Source: Chrysomallon squamiferum
Lineage: Eukaryota > Animalia > Mollusca
Direction of reading: 5' to 3'
DNA: 64,000 nt
NCBI GenBank assembly: GCA_012295275.1
Contig: CM022672.1
Span: 35,740,414-35,804,413, forward strand
The position numbers were made by a program, and so were the translations under genes. The notes beneath the pieces were generated by a model. That model saw nothing but the letters and a program-made list of their open reading frames with translations. It was not told where the DNA came from and ran no database searches. Shown here piece after piece: positions 61,101 through 64,000 of the stretch. Position 1 is the first letter of the stretch. Each line of letters begins with the position of its first letter.

Positions 61101-64000
61101 ACGCATTTTCAAAAGGTGCAGCACCTTTGGTAAATGTTGGAAACGTTTTTGCCACACTCGCCCCGACGGCGCGCACCTTTTGCACACGTCGAAATATTTT
61201 TCCCGACCAAACGGAAAAGTGCCACACGGATTTTCAACTTTTGAAAATCGAATTTTTTCAAGTTTCGTTGAAAATGCTAGGGGTACCTTTTTCAAAGTGC
61301 AATAACTTTTCCGAGCACGTGGGAAAATCGGGCGCACATACCCAAAAAAGTGGGGCAAGGGTTGCCCCACACGGGTCAAAAGTGCCGCACGCCCCACCCA
61401 AGGGGAACAACTCGTTTCCGACACGTGCACAAAAAACGCACATGTTTTTTTGAAAATTTGCTCGTTTTTTTTTCAAACGCATTTTCAAAAGGTGCAGCAC
61501 CTTTGGTAAATGTTGGAAACGTTTTTGCCACACTCGCCCCGACGGCGCGCACCTTTTGCACACGTCGAAATATTTTTCCCGACCAAACGGAAAAGTGCCA
61601 CACGGATTTTCAACTTTTGAAAATCGAATTTTTTCAAGTTTCGTTGAAAATGCTAGGGGTACCTTTTTCAAAGTGCAATAACTTTTCCGAGCACGTGGGA
61701 AAAATCGGGCGCACATACCCAAAAGTGGGGCAAGGGTTGCCCCACACGGGTCAAAAGTGCCGCACGCCCCACCCAAGGGGAACAACTCGTTTCCGACACG
61801 TGCACAAAAAACGCACATGTTTTTGAAAATTTGCTCGTTTTTTTTTCAAACGCATTTTCAAAAGGTGCAGCACCTTTGGTAAATGTTGGAAACGTTTTTG
61901 CCACACTCGCCCCGACGGCGCGCACCTTTTGCACACGTCGAAATATTTTTCCCGACCAAACGGAAAAGTGCCACACGGATTTTCAACTTTTGAAAATCGA
62001 ATTTTTTCAAGTTTCGTTGAAAATGCTAGGGGTACCTTTTTCAAAGTGCAATAACTTTTCCGAGCACGTGGAAAAATCGGGCGCACATACCCAAAAAGTG
62101 GGGCAAGGGTTGCCCCACACGGGTCAAAAGTGCCGCACGCCCCACCCAAGGGGAACAACTCGTTTCCGACACGTGCACAAAAAACGCACATGTTTTTGAA
62201 AATTTGCTCGTTTTTTTTCAAACGCATTTTCAAAAGGTGCAGCACCTTTGGTAAATGTTGGAAACGTTTTTGCCACACTCGCCCCGACGGCGCGCACCTT
62301 TTGCACACGTCGAAATATTTTTCCCGACCAAACGGAAAAGTGCCACACGGATTTTCAACTTTTGAAAATCGAATTTTTTCAAGTTTCGTTGAAAATGCTA
62401 GGGGTACCTTTTTCAAAGTGCAATAACTTTTTCCGAGCACGTGGGAAAAATCGGGCGCACATACCCAAAAGTGGGGCAAGGGTTGCCCCACACGGGTCAA
62501 AAGTGCCGCACGCCCCACCCAAGGGGAACAACTCGTTTCCGACACGTGCACAAAAAACGCACATGTTTTTGAAAATTTGCTCGTTTTTTTTTCAAACGCA
62601 TTTTCAAAAGGTGCAGCACCTTTGGTAAATGTTGGAAACGTTTTTTGCCACCACACTCGCCCCGACGGCGCGCACCTTTTGCACACGTCGAAATATTTTT
62701 CCCGACCAAACGGAAAAGTGCCACACGGATTTTCAACTTTTGAAAATCGAATTTTTTCAAGTTTCGTTGAAAATGCTAGGGGTACCTTTTTCAAAGTGCA
62801 ATAACTTTTTCCGAGCACGTGGGAAAAATCGGGCGCACATACCCAAAAGTGGGGCAAGGGTTGCCCCACACGGGTCAAAAGTGCCGCACGCCCCACCCAA
62901 GGGGAACAACTCGTTTCCGACACGTGCACAAAAAACGCACATGTTTTTGAAAATTTGCTCGTTTTTTTTTCAAACGCATTTTCAAAAGGTGCAGCACCTT
63001 TGGTAAATGTTGGAAACGTTTTTGCCACACTCGCCCCGACGGCGCGCACCTTTTGCACACGTCGAAATATTTTCCCGACCAAACGGAAAAGTGCCACACG
63101 GATTTTCAACTTTTGAAAATCGAATTTTTCAAGTTTCGTTGAAAATGCTAGGGGTACCTTTTTTCAAAGTGCAATAACTTTTTCCGAGCACGTGGGAAAA
63201 ATCGGGCGCACATACCCAAAAGTGGGGCAAGGGTTGCCCCACACGGGTCAAAAGTGCCGCACGCCCCACCCAAGGGGAACAACTCGTTTCCGACACGTGC
63301 ACAAAAAACGCACATGTTTTTGAAAATTTGCTCGTTTTTTTTTCAAACGCATTTTCAAAAGGTGCAGCACCTTTGGTAAATGTTGGAAACGTTTTTGCCA
63401 CACTCGCCCCGACGGCGCGCACCTTTTGCACACGTCGAAATATTTTTCCCGACCAAACGGAAAAGTGCCACACGGATTTTCAACTTTTGAAAATCGAATT
63501 TTTTCAAGTTTCGTTGAAAATGCTAGGGGTACCTTTTTCAAAGTGCAATAACTTTTTCCGAGCACGTGGGAAAAATCGGGCGCACATACCCAAAAGTGGG
63601 GCAAGGGTTGCCCCACACGGGTCAAAAGTGCCGCACGCCCCACCCAAGGGGAACAACTCGTTTCCGACACGTGCACAAAAAACGCACATGTTTTTGAAAA
63701 TTTGCTCGTTTTTTTTCAAACGCATTTTCAAAAGGTGCAGCACCTTTGGTAAATGTTGGAAACGTTTTTGCCACACTCGCCCCGACGGCGCGCACCTTTG
63801 CACACGTCGTCGAAATATTTTTCCCGACCAAACGGAAAAGTGCCACACGGATTTTCAACTTTTGAAAATCGAATTTTTTTCAAGTTTCGTTGAAAATGCT
63901 AGGGGTACCTTTTTTCAAAGTGCAATAACTTTTCCGAGCACGTGGAAAAATCGGGCGCACATACCCAAAAGTGGGGCAAGGGTTGCCCCACACGGGTCAA
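58164..64000. repeat. 373-bp satellite DNA array (at least 15.6 units, continues past the window end)
   Basis: CTCGCCCCGACGGCGCGC at 58168, 58541, 58914 and onward; units differ mainly in homopolymer length; much richer in GC and CpG than the flank. Confidence 0.97.

Noticed and set aside
58163-63858. Dozens of overlapping ORFs up to 452 aa
   Set aside because: They are translations of the 373-bp satellite. The unit is not a multiple of 3, frames shift with homopolymer length, and no domain is recognisable.

Overview
AT-rich eukaryotic (animal) genomic DNA, probably mollusc-like; the taxon is an inference from the repeat landscape and a Nin-type SINE remnant. Positions 1-44100 hold the 5' part of a large, multi-exon, minus-strand CEP350 (CAP350)-like centrosomal gene. 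Seventeen exons (20289 down to 154) splice into one open frame and contain recognisable CEP350 N-terminal motifs. The exons joining them to the probable start codon at 41130 are ambiguous, and the gene runs off the left edge. Its introns are filled with unrelated minisatellites, many of which start at or overlap splice sites. Upstream of an ETS/YY1/X-box-like promoter lie three further features: a TA-flanked Tc1/mariner-type MITE (second copy in an intron); a composite inverted duplication with ~3 kb arms whose inner ends carry inward-facing promoter-like modules and enclose a frameshifted BTB-domain exon; and the edge of a very homogeneous 373-bp satellite array running off the right edge. 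All calls come from manual reading and recalled protein or motif knowledge; no database searches were run.
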